A DNA stretch of 64,000 bases from a virus (Duplodnaviria; Heunggongvirae; Uroviricota; Caudoviricetes). Positions within the stretch are counted from its first letter, which is position 1. Each line of letters begins with the position of its first letter. The stretch spans positions 160,001 to 224,000 of the IMG/VR virus record IMGVR_UViG_3300009709_000002; one strand, written 5' to 3'. Of the stretch, positions 46,408-57,600 are shown piece after piece. The position numbers were made by a program, and so were the translations under genes. Below the pieces are notes generated by a model that searched no databases, was not told the DNA's origin, and saw only the letters and a list, made by a program, of their open reading frames with translations.

Positions 46408-46723
46408 CGGGAGCGTGTCTGTCCAATTCACGAATGAACTTATCGTATGCATCGATGAGTACGTCGGCTTGAGCCTGAAGGTTTTCAGCCTCTCGACGCT
46501 TCAGAAGAGCTTCATCACGCTTACGCATAGCATCTGCTCTAATTCTTTCGGCGTTAATTTTTAAGCTGTTGTATTCATCTTTTGACATATTTGGGTCTAT
46601 CGTTATAGTTGTTGGGTTGCTCCAGCCAAACCAATCTTCACAGGGCAGTGGGCCGCCTCTTTCTCGCCGCATTATGGCAAGTTGTTCACGGCACCATCGT
46701 GGTTCATCATCAAGAACTGACAT
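46400..46723 (-). CDS. Hypothetical protein
   Basis: 107 aa, closely packed between gp55 and gp47. Confidence 0.65.
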   Translation of the reverse strand: MSVLDDEPRWCREQLAIMRRERGGPLPCEDWFGWSNPTTITIDPNMSKDEYNSLKINAERIRADAMRKRDEALLKRREAENLQAQADVLIDAYDKFIRELDRHAPDA

Positions 46724-46726
46724 GAC

Positions 46727-47335
46727 TTAGTCATTCATCGGTTCTTCAAAGTTGAAATACTCTGTGACTGCTTTTGCATCTACTGTTCCAAGCAGCGCTG
46801 CTTTTTCAGCATCAGCAATCGCTTTTTGTTCAGCTTCATTTTTAACACGTTCTTTAGCATCAACGATGTTCTGCTTCATTTCTTCAAACTCAGTCTTGTA
46901 TTCACCGCCATCAGCTTGTTCGCGGGCAGCGTCTGCAAAATTATAGCTTGGGTTTTCGCCGAGGTCGATGAGAAGTTCATCACGAATGCGACGGTGCTTC
47001 TTCTCATGATTCAAGAACTGCAGGAAGGTATTGTTGATGCAGGTGGTGTAGAACGAGAATGGATTGTCTGAGCGTTCAGGATCAAACTTGAGAGCATTTT
47101 GGCATAGGTTGGCCAAAGCTTCACAGATCATATCCTCTTTGAATGAGTACCCAGAGAAGCAAGGACGTTGTGCATACTTACGAGTCAACGTCATCAGCAT
47201 CACTGCAAGTTCATTCGTTATGCGATTCAACTTCTTGCAGCGAATAACCTCAGGGAGAAGTTTCGCGTTTGTCAGGTAATACTTGCCGACAAATTCCGGC
47301 GTATTTGGGTTTTTGGCCCGCTTGGCTGCTTTCAT
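46727..47335 (-). CDS. gp55: Late transcription sigma factor
   Basis: YYLTNAKL, FSGYSFKEDM and KFDPERSDNPFSFYT; consistent with the many TAAATA promoters. Confidence 0.9.
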   Translation of the reverse strand: MKAAKRAKNPNTPEFVGKYYLTNAKLLPEVIRCKKLNRITNELAVMLMTLTRKYAQRPCFSGYSFKEDMICEALANLCQNALKFDPERSDNPFSFYTTCINNTFLQFLNHEKKHRRIRDELLIDLGENPSYNFADAAREQADGGEYKTEFEEMKQNIVDAKERVKNEAEQKAIADAEKAALLGTVDAKAVTEYFNFEEPMND

Positions 47336-47493
47336 GTAAATCTCTTATAACGTATTGCGGTGAGTGCACAATGCATCTCCTGTTGTTTAGACAAGTACGA
47401 TAGTATCATACATTCAACAAGAGGTGAATTTTTCGACATAGATCAGGAAATAAATAGACCTGTACCAATAGTTATTTATTCTTGCCAGAGACC

Positions 47494-48159
47494 ATGAAAC
47501 TAGACGAAATTTTACGCATTAGCGAAGATCAGGAAGAAAAGAATGAGAAGCTACTTGCCGTGGTCTACGGAGGTAGGTTTGAACCTTTCCACAAGGGTCA
47601 CTACGCTGTTTACAAGCACCTTAAGCACATGTTTGATCCTGAAAGCGTCTGGATCGCGACATCTGACAAGACGAATTTTAGCAAGCACAACGGCGACATT
47701 TCGCCATTCAACTTTCAAGAAAAGAAAGAGCTGATGCTTCGTCTGTTTAGAATGGAAGAGGATAAAATCGTGAAGTGCTCTAACCCAGCTTTCAATCCAC
47801 GAGAAATCTTTGAGCGCTATGATAATGCTCCGCTTGTCTACGTAGCAGTAGTAGGTGAAAAGGACGTTGAGCGCTACAAGGCTGCCAAGTTCTTTAAGCC
47901 ATATCCGACGGTGAATGGTGGTCATGCTCTTCCGTTCAATGAAGCTAAAGATGGGCTGAAGACGTTGGCTGAGAAAGTTGGTTACTACCTGCCGATCAAG
48001 AAACAGTCTGGTGGCATTTCAGGCACGGAAGTTCGTGAAAAGCTTCTTGAAGCAGCCGATGATGATCACAAGCTTCACGAGCTGTTCAAAGAATTTTTCG
48101 GCCACTATGATGAGATCGCCAAAGATTTGATCATCAGCAAGCTTAAGGAAGTAAAGTGA
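47494..48159 (+). CDS. HIGH-motif nucleotidyltransferase (cytidylyltransferase/NMNAT-like)
   Basis: YGGRFEPFHKGH, SPFNFQEK, VGEKD and ISGTEVR; late promoter at 47449-47456. Confidence 0.8.
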   Translation: MKLDEILRISEDQEEKNEKLLAVVYGGRFEPFHKGHYAVYKHLKHMFDPESVWIATSDKTNFSKHNGDISPFNFQEKKELMLRLFRMEEDKIVKCSNPAFNPREIFERYDNAPLVYVAVVGEKDVERYKAAKFFKPYPTVNGGHALPFNEAKDGLKTLAEKVGYYLPIKKQSGGISGTEVREKLLEAADDDHKLHELFKEFFGHYDEIAKDLIISKLKEVK

Positions 48160-49316
48160 GCGTACCAGGACTAAATGACCCAACTAACACGTATTATGAC
48201 GCGTATTCGATTCCTGTAAGTGGATTCTCAATTCCGTCACAATTTGATACGTACACTCCTGATAATCAGAATGATTACCAGTGCCGTGTCGTCTTAGTCC
48301 CTAATCCTAAGAAGGGTGCTACGGCTTGGACGATGAATGGAAAGTTCATTACGATCGGAGTTTATCGTGATCAGGGCAGAGCTAGCGGTCGTAATGGTCA
48401 GCTTGCCGCTCAATCATGGTCTCGTTCAGGAACTACGCTAACTTTCATTACGCAGACACCGCATGGATTGTCGGTTGGTGATAATTGTGACTTCTACAAT
48501 ATCAATGTTGCAACCTTCAACACCAACGTAGTGACGGTGATCGACAATTACACTTTCACTATTAGAGCGTTCAATACTGGTAGTGCATCTGGTGGCACAA
48601 GCGCTATTTGCTGGCCATCGAAGATCGTTGATTACAATGATGATTACATCGTCTTTCGTCTGCTGCCGTCATTTCAGCTGGTGACCTACGCAACGATTGA
48701 AAGCATCTTTGCTGCGACAGCTCCGTCAGTAACGACGAATACCGTGTCGATGTATGACATCACAAAATCGAGCTACACGCAGCTGCCTAACCAGAAGTCT
48801 GAAAACTTCAACTATGATTTAACCACGTCGATCACCGCGAATGCAGATTCAGATGTGGTAGTGCTGTACAATCAGCAATTTGATGCTAACGGAAACCCAC
48901 TGCTGTTAACTTACCAGGATAATGGCCAGCCAACGCTCAACACGAACATGAACTCCGTGACGGATAACGCACAGATTTTCTACCGTGATACGATTGATAA
49001 CCTGGCGGCAAACAGCCGGGTGTTTGTGTATGACTTCTATGGATTAGATATCAATGATCCAACACGCGGTCCATACTTCAATCCAGCTTTAGTTTATCGC
49101 AATCCGAATGCAACTAGCTTGATTGGAAACTTCGCCTATGCGCAAAGCGCAGCTGGCACTCCGCTTTACAGCGGCTATTTGCAAGATGAATTTGGCAACT
49201 TGGCAATCGGCATTCAAACGAATAATGCATTAATCGTTAGAAAGCAAATTTTACCAGTGGCCCTTGATTCATTCAATAAGCCTATAAAGCAACCAACAAC
49301 GATTTTAGGAGTTTAA
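48156..49316 (+). CDS. Putative virion structural protein
   Basis: N/T/S-rich beta protein with a TPHGLSVGD module; start of the baseplate operon. Confidence 0.65.
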   Translation: MSVPGLNDPTNTYYDAYSIPVSGFSIPSQFDTYTPDNQNDYQCRVVLVPNPKKGATAWTMNGKFITIGVYRDQGRASGRNGQLAAQSWSRSGTTLTFITQTPHGLSVGDNCDFYNINVATFNTNVVTVIDNYTFTIRAFNTGSASGGTSAICWPSKIVDYNDDYIVFRLLPSFQLVTYATIESIFAATAPSVTTNTVSMYDITKSSYTQLPNQKSENFNYDLTTSITANADSDVVVLYNQQFDANGNPLLLTYQDNGQPTLNTNMNSVTDNAQIFYRDTIDNLAANSRVFVYDFYGLDINDPTRGPYFNPALVYRNPNATSLIGNFAYAQSAAGTPLYSGYLQDEFGNLAIGIQTNNALIVRKQILPVALDSFNKPIKQPTTILGV

Positions 49317-49317
49317 C

Positions 49318-50445
49318 ATGAGTGTACTTGACGGACTTACAAGCAATCTGACTAATAATGTAGCGTCATATGCTCAAAATGCAGCCAGCAATTTGGTGAA
49401 TCAAGCCAATAATATCGTGACGCTGCCTACGATCAATGTTACTGCTAAGGCTCCAGCCGCAACGGTTAACACTTACAAAGTTGCGATTCAAGGCCCGACT
49501 GGTACGGTCATTTTTGAATCTTCTGTACCGCTGTCAGAAGAACGAACCGCTACGTATCAAGGATTTGATATTACGCACTTGCCGACGGAAATTCCAGCAT
49601 ACAAAAATACCAGCAGCAGAAAGTTTTCAATCACTGGTAAATTTGTCTCTAGAAACACAGCTGAAGCGACGGCTAACTCTGGCTATCTTGACATGATTCG
49701 CTCGTGGCTTTTACCAGATTATGGAAATTCTGGCGCTACGCCACCTATTTTGCATCTTTATGGCTACAAGAACAACCATATTACCGGCGTTCAGTGCATT
49801 TTAAAGAACTATTCATTCATTTTCCCGGATGATGTAGATTACATTTACACCGGCAGTAATCCGATGCCAGTTATTGGTATGGTGACGCTTTCACTGGATG
49901 AAGTGTTTTCTCCTGAGCAGATTACTGAAGGCGCTTGGAAAATTAAACCGCCAACAGTAAATCGTCCGCCAGACGCGTTCGGAAATGGTGATTCAACATT
50001 TGGCTCAAGCAGCGGTGGTTTAAGCCTGGGAGGCATTACATTGGGGCAGATTATTCCAGTTGCTACAGCTCTTGTGACTGCGGCGAAAGGTGGTGTAGCT
50101 GGTAGTCAAGCACTTAGCTCATTGGCTGGATACGCTCTGAGCAGCGCTGGATCTTTGATCGGTTCAAATCCTGCCGTTCAATCTTTTGTTTCAACAGCAT
50201 CATCGACGATTAAATCAGCTGTTACAACGGCAGAAGGCACGGTGCAGGGAGCATTAAATAGTGCTACCCAAAGTATTGTCGGATTCACGCAGAGCATTGG
50301 ATCATCCACGAGCAATTCAGCAATATCTTCAAGCATGGCCCCAATTAGTTTTGGTGCTGGTGGCGCACCGTCTGGTAGCGGGTCAAATTCTTTTGGCTTC
50401 ACAACTGGAAGTTATACAGCTGATTCAACTACTACGAGCTTCTAA
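49318..50445 (+). CDS. Baseplate tube-initiator-like protein
   Basis: YKNTSSRKFSITGKF, GATPPILHLYGY and FPDDVDYI; precedes gp53. Confidence 0.65.
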   Translation: MSVLDGLTSNLTNNVASYAQNAASNLVNQANNIVTLPTINVTAKAPAATVNTYKVAIQGPTGTVIFESSVPLSEERTATYQGFDITHLPTEIPAYKNTSSRKFSITGKFVSRNTAEATANSGYLDMIRSWLLPDYGNSGATPPILHLYGYKNNHITGVQCILKNYSFIFPDDVDYIYTGSNPMPVIGMVTLSLDEVFSPEQITEGAWKIKPPTVNRPPDAFGNGDSTFGSSSGGLSLGGITLGQIIPVATALVTAAKGGVAGSQALSSLAGYALSSAGSLIGSNPAVQSFVSTASSTIKSAVTTAEGTVQGALNSATQSIVGFTQSIGSSTSNSAISSSMAPISFGAGGAPSGSGSNSFGFTTGSYTADSTTTSF

Positions 50446-50447
50446 TT

Positions 50448-50831
50448 ATGACAGTCGCAACATCAACCGGAACTGACGTAACAGTTCTAAATTCTACTTA
50501 CAATAAGAAGAATGGTCGTTACGTGCTCGGCGGCACCACTGAAGTTTCAGCGTGGGCCATTGAGTGGTGGGAGAAAAATCAAATGACGCCTGACGTCACT
50601 GATTTTGCATATGTTATGGAAAAGAAATATGAAGGTAGACCAGATATTCTTGGGTATGTATTTTACGGTGATCCGCTATTGTGGTGGATCATTTGCCAAT
50701 ATAATGCCATCCTTGATCCTGTCGCTGAACTGGTTGAGGGAAAGATTCTGTTGATTCCACAAGCAGCTCGAATCACACAATCTGCAACTACGGTACAAAC
50801 TGGCGGCGTAGCATCGACCGCTATTTACTAA
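50448..50831 (+). CDS. gp53: Baseplate wedge protein, LysM-like
   Basis: YEGRPDILGYVFYGDPLLWWII..YN...G..LLIP. Confidence 0.85.
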   Translation: MTVATSTGTDVTVLNSTYNKKNGRYVLGGTTEVSAWAIEWWEKNQMTPDVTDFAYVMEKKYEGRPDILGYVFYGDPLLWWIICQYNAILDPVAELVEGKILLIPQAARITQSATTVQTGGVASTAIY

Positions 50832-50850
50832 GACTTATAAGAGATATTAT

Positions 50851-52710
50851 ATGGCAACGCCAGCAAATGAATTAGATAGATACGCATCTTACACGTATTA
50901 TTTTGAGCTGTACGCAGCTGCGATTGTTGATGATTTGTATCAATATGAATTCATTGACAATTCAAAGGTTGGTACGACCAGAACATCTCCGAATGGGAAC
51001 CTGATTCTCAATTCACGGTGTGACGCGTTTCAAAATATTGAAGATGTCCACAATTACATTACGAGCCCATTAACTGGCGTGGTCTCAATGTCCGGTTCTC
51101 CAGCTGGTTGTGTAATGACAATTAGAGAGCCAAATGGATTTAGCTTCGTAGATAAACTTCAGCAGGTTGTTCAAATGAACAACGTACTAGCTTTAGCTAA
51201 TCTTAACTTTGCTCTTAAGACCATGTTTGTTGGACGCACGCCTACAAATGTAATCGAACAGAGAATGGACCTGCCATTATTGATGATGTCACTAACAAAC
51301 ATCGAAATGGAATTCACGAATGAAGGTTCTATCTATACTCTGAGCTTTGTTCAACTTGTTGGTTTTGATGCTCATAAAGATCACAATGACGCTGTTGTCA
51401 CTGACATGACAGCAGCTCTTGGTACTGTTTCTCGCTCAATTAGCTTTACTGGTCGAACAATTCAAGAAGCTGTTACAAACTTTCAAACCAATTTGAATGG
51501 AATGTACACCTCTTACTACAATGAGAGCGGTACAAATAAGCAATCACGCCCAATCGTCTACCAAGTAAATATCGATCCAGATATTTCTGGAGCTCTAGAC
51601 AGTGTAAATAAAGACTACTTTGGGTCAAATGCTCCGGCAAGATTTGCATATGAGCCTGGCACTAAGGTTGCGGCCATCTTGCATGATATTCTATCTCACT
51701 GTTCAGCGCTTAACACCACATTAGTTGGAGATAATGGGACGACAGATCCAGATATTCTCATCAATAAAAAGGTGCCATTTGTCAGATCGTCATTGCAGCT
51801 TCAAGCTACGCAAGCGCTGATTACTTATCAGATATCGCTCTATAATGCACTGACGGTGTCACAAAATGATCAGAATTCAAGTGTTCATCAATATGTATTT
51901 GATTATTACTTTGCTGATCCAGGTAAAAACGTTGATGTGCTTCACATGGATTTAAAAGTCAATTATGGTAGCCTGAATATGGCTATCAGTCAAGGTAATT
52001 ACTCGATGCATGATAAAGCGACGAATGCATCAGGCACTCTTCCATCCAATGATCCAAAGTATTACGCTGGCAACTTATTAACTCCAAATGCTAGCATTGA
52101 TCAACTACTTAAGAGCGGATTAGTAGGCACGTCATATTTTAACGGTCTTCAAAATGACGTTGCAATTATGCCGTTTGTGACTCCAAGAGAGCAAGAAGGT
52201 TATGTCACAATTCCAAATGATCAATTGGCGTCAGCTAGATTAGCTACTAAAGCAATTGTGGACGCATTTGTTGGATATGGCATTACATTGACACTTCAAA
52301 TTCGCGGCCACCTTGATCTGTTGATGTTACAAGGCAATTACCCAAACAATCAAAAGACAGATTTGCTAAATGTTGGCTGTTTCATGAAGGTCAATATCTT
52401 CAATGAGACGCAAGATCCTACTACCGGCCAAGTTACAAAACAACCATTCTTCTATACTGGTTGGTATAGAGTATTGACGATTGAAAATGTATTCTCAGGT
52501 GGCATATTCACCCAGAATATCACAATGATGGCGGTCGAAGATCCGAATCAAACGTCGACTAATAATGCCACGACTGCAAGTAACGCCACAAGTACTACAA
52601 CTCCGACTCCAACGGCTGTAGCTGTGCCAAGCGTATCTCCTTCAGCATCGAGCAATACTTACAACTTCAATACCACTGCTTCAACAACTAACAAGTACAA
52701 CTTTCAATAA
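50851..52710 (+). CDS. Baseplate hub protein (gp27-like position)
   Basis: NELDRYASYTY and YTGWYRVLTIENVFSGGIFTQ; between gp53 and gp5. Confidence 0.65.
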   Translation: MATPANELDRYASYTYYFELYAAAIVDDLYQYEFIDNSKVGTTRTSPNGNLILNSRCDAFQNIEDVHNYITSPLTGVVSMSGSPAGCVMTIREPNGFSFVDKLQQVVQMNNVLALANLNFALKTMFVGRTPTNVIEQRMDLPLLMMSLTNIEMEFTNEGSIYTLSFVQLVGFDAHKDHNDAVVTDMTAALGTVSRSISFTGRTIQEAVTNFQTNLNGMYTSYYNESGTNKQSRPIVYQVNIDPDISGALDSVNKDYFGSNAPARFAYEPGTKVAAILHDILSHCSALNTTLVGDNGTTDPDILINKKVPFVRSSLQLQATQALITYQISLYNALTVSQNDQNSSVHQYVFDYYFADPGKNVDVLHMDLKVNYGSLNMAISQGNYSMHDKATNASGTLPSNDPKYYAGNLLTPNASIDQLLKSGLVGTSYFNGLQNDVAIMPFVTPREQEGYVTIPNDQLASARLATKAIVDAFVGYGITLTLQIRGHLDLLMLQGNYPNNQKTDLLNVGCFMKVNIFNETQDPTTGQVTKQPFFYTGWYRVLTIENVFSGGIFTQNITMMAVEDPNQTSTNNATTASNATSTTTPTPTAVAVPSVSPSASSNTYNFNTTASTTNKYNFQ

Positions 52711-52718
52711 GACATAAT

Positions 52719-54236
52719 ATGACTCAAGGGATCGGTAAACATCTTGGTATGACGGTTGGCATTGTAAAGAATAATGCTGATCCAGGTCAGCATGGCCGTC
52801 TTCAGATTTACATTCCGTCTATTGATAGCGATAGCTTCCAGACGGCTGATTTGCCATGGGCGACATACGTTTCTCCATTTGGTGGTACAACCGCTAACGC
52901 TCAGGTCGGTAGAACTTCAGATGCTGTGGAAGGCGCGTCAGCTTATGGATTTTGGGCTATTCCTCAAAATGGAGCACAGGTGCTCGTCGGCTTCATTAAT
53001 GGAAATCCAAAGATGCGTTTTTGGATTGGTTGCGTTTATATGCCTGAGCTTAATCGCACAATGCCGCAAGCTCTTGATGGTGTTAAAACAGAGATTGATG
53101 AATCAGGTCAATACCCTCAATCAAGCATCTCATACATGGTTAACAACCTCAATGCGGCTGGATTAGGCCCAGGTTCAGCTAATTATGCAACGCGAGGTTG
53201 GGAACGTTCAATTTCTTATCCAGCTAATGGAAATGCTGCTAAGAACACGAATAATGGGTATGCTCCAAAGCCGCTAGATAAATCCAAGTCAGAATCTCAG
53301 ATGTTTTCAATGACGACGCCTGGCCGTCATTACTTCTTAATGTCTGATGTTGATGCTCAATGCCGTGTTCGTTTAAGAACAACCGCTGGTTCTCAAGTCA
53401 TTTTTGATGACACAAATGAACGCATTTACATCTCGACAGCTAAAGGCACTAACTACATTGAGATGGATGAGACGAATGGTAAGATCTATGTCTACTCTGA
53501 TTCAAAGGTTAACGTCAGAGCAAAGAATGACATTAACTTCTACTCCGATTCAAACATCAACATTGTTGCTAAGAAGCGCGTAAACATTCAATCTGAAACT
53601 CGTGGAGTGAAGATTCAATCGAATAATACGCTTCAACTAGTGTCTGGTGGAGGTGACGTTAACCTCAGCGCAGGCTGTGGCATCAACCTGAAGACGTCTG
53701 GCGGAAGTGCAGCTCCAGCCGTTGGTGCTTCAACAACTTCCAAGCCTGGTGGCGTAGGTCTACTTCGTGATTTTGCTGAGGCAGCTGGAACATCATCTGG
53801 CGGAATCAAGCTTGACGCAAATGGCCCGGTAGAGATTACAACGCAAAAAGCACTTACTGCGAACGCTCAGGCTGCTATCACGATGATGACATCTGGCACG
53901 TTAGCTTTCATCAGCAGCGCTGGTTCTACACTTCAGCTTGGTGGTTCTACAACGATCTCAAGCCCAGCCGCTATGGGTATTAAGACACCAGCTTTCAATG
54001 TGGATGCTGGAAGCTTTGGTTTCGTAGCGATTGATCCTATCTCAGGGCCGCTGCCGATTCAATCGACGTCTGGAGTTTCTGTCAACAGCTCAAATACTCC
54101 ATCTATTTCTTCTGCTCCTGCTGCATCTAGCGATACAATTTCGAGCTTCATGGTAAGGCCTGATCATGAATCTTGGAAGCGTGATGAAGATGAAGCCTTG
54201 TGCAAGACGCCAAGAAATCCACTTTGGCAGCCGTAA
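52719..54236 (+). CDS. gp5: Baseplate central spike (gp5/VgrG OB-fold and beta-helix)
   Basis: GIVKNNADPGQHGRLQIYIP, LPWA, PQNGAQVLVGF and beta-helix repeats. Confidence 0.85.
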   Translation: MTQGIGKHLGMTVGIVKNNADPGQHGRLQIYIPSIDSDSFQTADLPWATYVSPFGGTTANAQVGRTSDAVEGASAYGFWAIPQNGAQVLVGFINGNPKMRFWIGCVYMPELNRTMPQALDGVKTEIDESGQYPQSSISYMVNNLNAAGLGPGSANYATRGWERSISYPANGNAAKNTNNGYAPKPLDKSKSESQMFSMTTPGRHYFLMSDVDAQCRVRLRTTAGSQVIFDDTNERIYISTAKGTNYIEMDETNGKIYVYSDSKVNVRAKNDINFYSDSNINIVAKKRVNIQSETRGVKIQSNNTLQLVSGGGDVNLSAGCGINLKTSGGSAAPAVGASTTSKPGGVGLLRDFAEAAGTSSGGIKLDANGPVEITTQKALTANAQAAITMMTSGTLAFISSAGSTLQLGGSTTISSPAAMGIKTPAFNVDAGSFGFVAIDPISGPLPIQSTSGVSVNSSNTPSISSAPAASSDTISSFMVRPDHESWKRDEDEALCKTPRNPLWQP

Positions 54237-54257
54237 TCATTTGCATAAATAAGTACT

Positions 54258-54629
54258 ATGAAAATTTTCTACCAAGGTTTTAGCACCAAGAGCTATGAAG
54301 CATCAGGCGGTGATTTCGTCACGCTTAATCTTGATGCCATTGATGATGACTTGCTTAATCAAATCTTCACCGTTAAAGGTGAGCGAGTCAACATGCCCGA
54401 TTGGGGCACAAGAATTCCGCTTCTAACGTTTGAACTTAATGACGTGTATAGTCAGCAAGTTATCCGCGAAGATTTAACTAGCGTCTTCAATGCTGATCCT
54501 CGAGTAGAACTTGTAGCTCTCGACATCATCACAGCAACTGATGATCACGGATTGATCGCTGCGTGCAAGATCAATTACATCGAGTTTCAAGTGACCAAAG
54601 ATTTGAATATTGAAATTACCTCACAATAA
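54258..54629 (+). CDS. gp25: Baseplate wedge subunit
   Basis: KGERVNMPDWGT and DPRV. Confidence 0.9.
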   Translation: MKIFYQGFSTKSYEASGGDFVTLNLDAIDDDLLNQIFTVKGERVNMPDWGTRIPLLTFELNDVYSQQVIREDLTSVFNADPRVELVALDIITATDDHGLIAACKINYIEFQVTKDLNIEITSQ

Positions 54630-54641
54630 CAGGCTATTGTA

Positions 54642-57600
54642 ATGACATCAGCAACCTCGCTAAACGCGGCCGAAACCTGGGACCAAGTCTACCAAGCGTT
54701 TCAGCAAGTCAATTTCGTTTCATATGACTACAATGCTGTCAAGCAGTCTCTTCTGGATTATCTGAAGTTCTACTATCCAGAAAACTTCAATGACTATATT
54801 GAATCTTCACAGCTAATTGCGATCATCGAAACGTTTGCTTACATCGCCGAACAGCACGCGTATCGTATTGACATGTCGATCCATGAAAATATGATCGACA
54901 CTGCCGCCCGTAAGCAAAGCATCTTGCGTCTGGCTAAGCTGGTCTCATATACTGCAACTCGTAATATCCCGCTGCGTGGTTTTGTCAAGATCACCAGCGT
55001 TAGTTCGTCACAAGTGCTTTATGACTCGCAGAATAACGCACTTTCGAACAAGACGATTAACTGGAATGATCCAAACAACGCGCTTTGGAAAGAGCAGTTT
55101 ATGGTCATCATGAACGCTGCAATGACTCAGCCATTTGGCTCACCATTTAAGTCATTCCAGATCGATGACACCGTTTTTCAACAGTATGAATTTCAGAATG
55201 TACTGGAAAGTGATTCAGCGAGCACTTCATTCACAAATGGTTGTCTGCCAGTAAAAACGACGATCGCTGGCTCAACCGTGCTATTTGAGCTTGTTCCAGC
55301 CGATGTAGACTCGGACACAGTGTTTGAACGTACGCCATCCCTTAGCGAATACTTCACCATGCTGTATGCTGATGATGGTTTTGGCGATGGTTCCATGACG
55401 ACCGGCTTCTTGATGTACATCAAGCAAGGCACAATGAACCGTGTTCCATATATCTTCACGGTGCCAATTCCTAATCAGTCAGTGAACATTACGTTGAACA
55501 ACATCAATGATGCTGACGTTTGGGTACAGGAAGTTGACGCTACAGGAACTCTTATCAATGAGTGGCAAGCGGTTGACACGGTTGCTGGACAGAATCTTCA
55601 GTTCAATGTTAATGCCAACTTGAACCAGTATGAGATTGAATCCCTTGAAGATGACCAGATTCGTCTGATCTTTGGTGACGGTGACTTCTCCAACATTCCA
55701 ACTGGTTACTTCAACTTCTGGGTTCGTCAGTCTACCAGCGGTTCATTGGTACTTCAGCAGAGCCAGATGACCAACCAGACAGTTACGTTTGCTTATACAT
55801 CTTCTCTTGGAAACACAGAAAGCATAACGCTGACGTACTCACTGACAGCAGCTCTTCAAAACTCATCAGAGTCTGAAGACATTGAGCACATTCGAACAGC
55901 AGCTCCAGCTACGTACTACTCGCAAAACCGCATGGTGAATGGTCAGGATTACAACTCATTCGTGCTAAAGGATCCATCGATTCTTCGCGTAATGGCTGTA
56001 AACCGAACGTTTGCTGGTCAGCCAAAGTATATCAACTGGAATGATGCTTCAGGTACATATCAGAACGTGAAGATCTTTGGTAACGATCTGCGCATGTACT
56101 ATGACATTAGCTCAACCGTGACGACAGAATCGCTTTCATCGCGCGTTCTTATCGACCAAGTGCTTGAGCCTATGCTTAGCGATCCAGGTGTCTACAACAT
56201 GCTGGCCTACGCTTACAATCAGTCAGCTGCTCCATTGAACCTTGCTTATGTTCGTCCAAGAACAACATTCATTGAAGATTCTACAATCGGTATCCAAGAG
56301 AAGACAGCAATTCAAGGTGCGCTCGACCGCCACTGGTACGGTGAACCAGACACGATCGTTTACTTGGCGTCGGACTACACGACGACTAACACAGCAACGC
56401 TTCCAAGCAAGTATTACGCCGTCGTAAACTCTGACACTGACCACTTGATCTATGATATGAACCTTCCATTGGTTCTGCAAAATACGACAAATGGTACTTA
56501 TGCTCCGCTCAATATCACGCCGAATAACGTGTCTGGCATCCAGAACACTGTCATGCGTCAGCTGCAGTTTGGTATTGGTTTCAATCCTATCAGAGCATTC
56601 CAGACGACTGGTATTTACATCAACAGCGGGTCTGTAACTACAATCAACTCAGCAGATTCAATTGCCAACTCAAGCATCAATCAAAGCACGGCAATCAATG
56701 AAATTCTAACGGTTGAAATTACAGATAGCGATGGTACATTCACCGTGTATAGTAGCGTCAATGGTTACTATGGTAGCGGAACGATTGGCCAGATCTACAC
56801 AAATGGTAAGATCTCCTTCATCATCGGTTCGCCATCAGGCGTAACACCAAGCGAGTATGTTACCGGCGATGCATTCATCATCACGATCTCAAACGCTGGT
56901 GGTGTTTACAACGCGACAAATATCGCTAGAGCAAACCTGGTTGGTCTGTTCACGATCATCCCTGAATCACAGATCACCAGCACCACGATCACCGATCCAT
57001 ACAACCCGGCAGATCCTGTAGACAATTGGATCATCATGGTTGAACGTGTAGATGATAGCAGCGGTAACTTGCTGTACTGGATCGTTACGCAGCGCAATTT
57101 TGAGCTTGTAGTTGAAAGCCCGACTACTAACTTCTGGTTCGATAACAGCACGACGATCGTTGATCCAGACACGCTGCTTCCTGTAGTTGATCAGGTTAGA
57201 ATCTTGAAGTCAAACTTGAACGTAACGGGATTGCAAGCAATCGGAACTGACCAGATCTACAATGTTGCGGGTAAGGTGAACTATGACAATGGCGACGTAA
57301 ACATCAACGCGCTGCAGGTTACGGCTAATGATGCTCAAGGCACCAACACGGACGGTCAAGGTCTGCTAGCAAATCCTTACCAGTTCTTGAATTTCATCGG
57401 ACCAAATGATTATGTCTACTTCACGACCGACACAACTACTGGCAATTTGGTTCCAGTCGTTGCCACCGCTTACATTGAAGGACTGACATACACTGACAAC
57501 GTTTCAGGCATCTACACGAGAAAGCCTGGCCGTGATATGCTTGACTTCATGTGGCAGCACTTTACGGCAAGCGATAGTTTGATTGATCCATCACCTTCAA

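Noticed and set aside
47332-47376. 14-codon uORF overlapping the gp55 start
   Set aside because: AGGAG abuts its ATG with no spacer, so support is insufficient.
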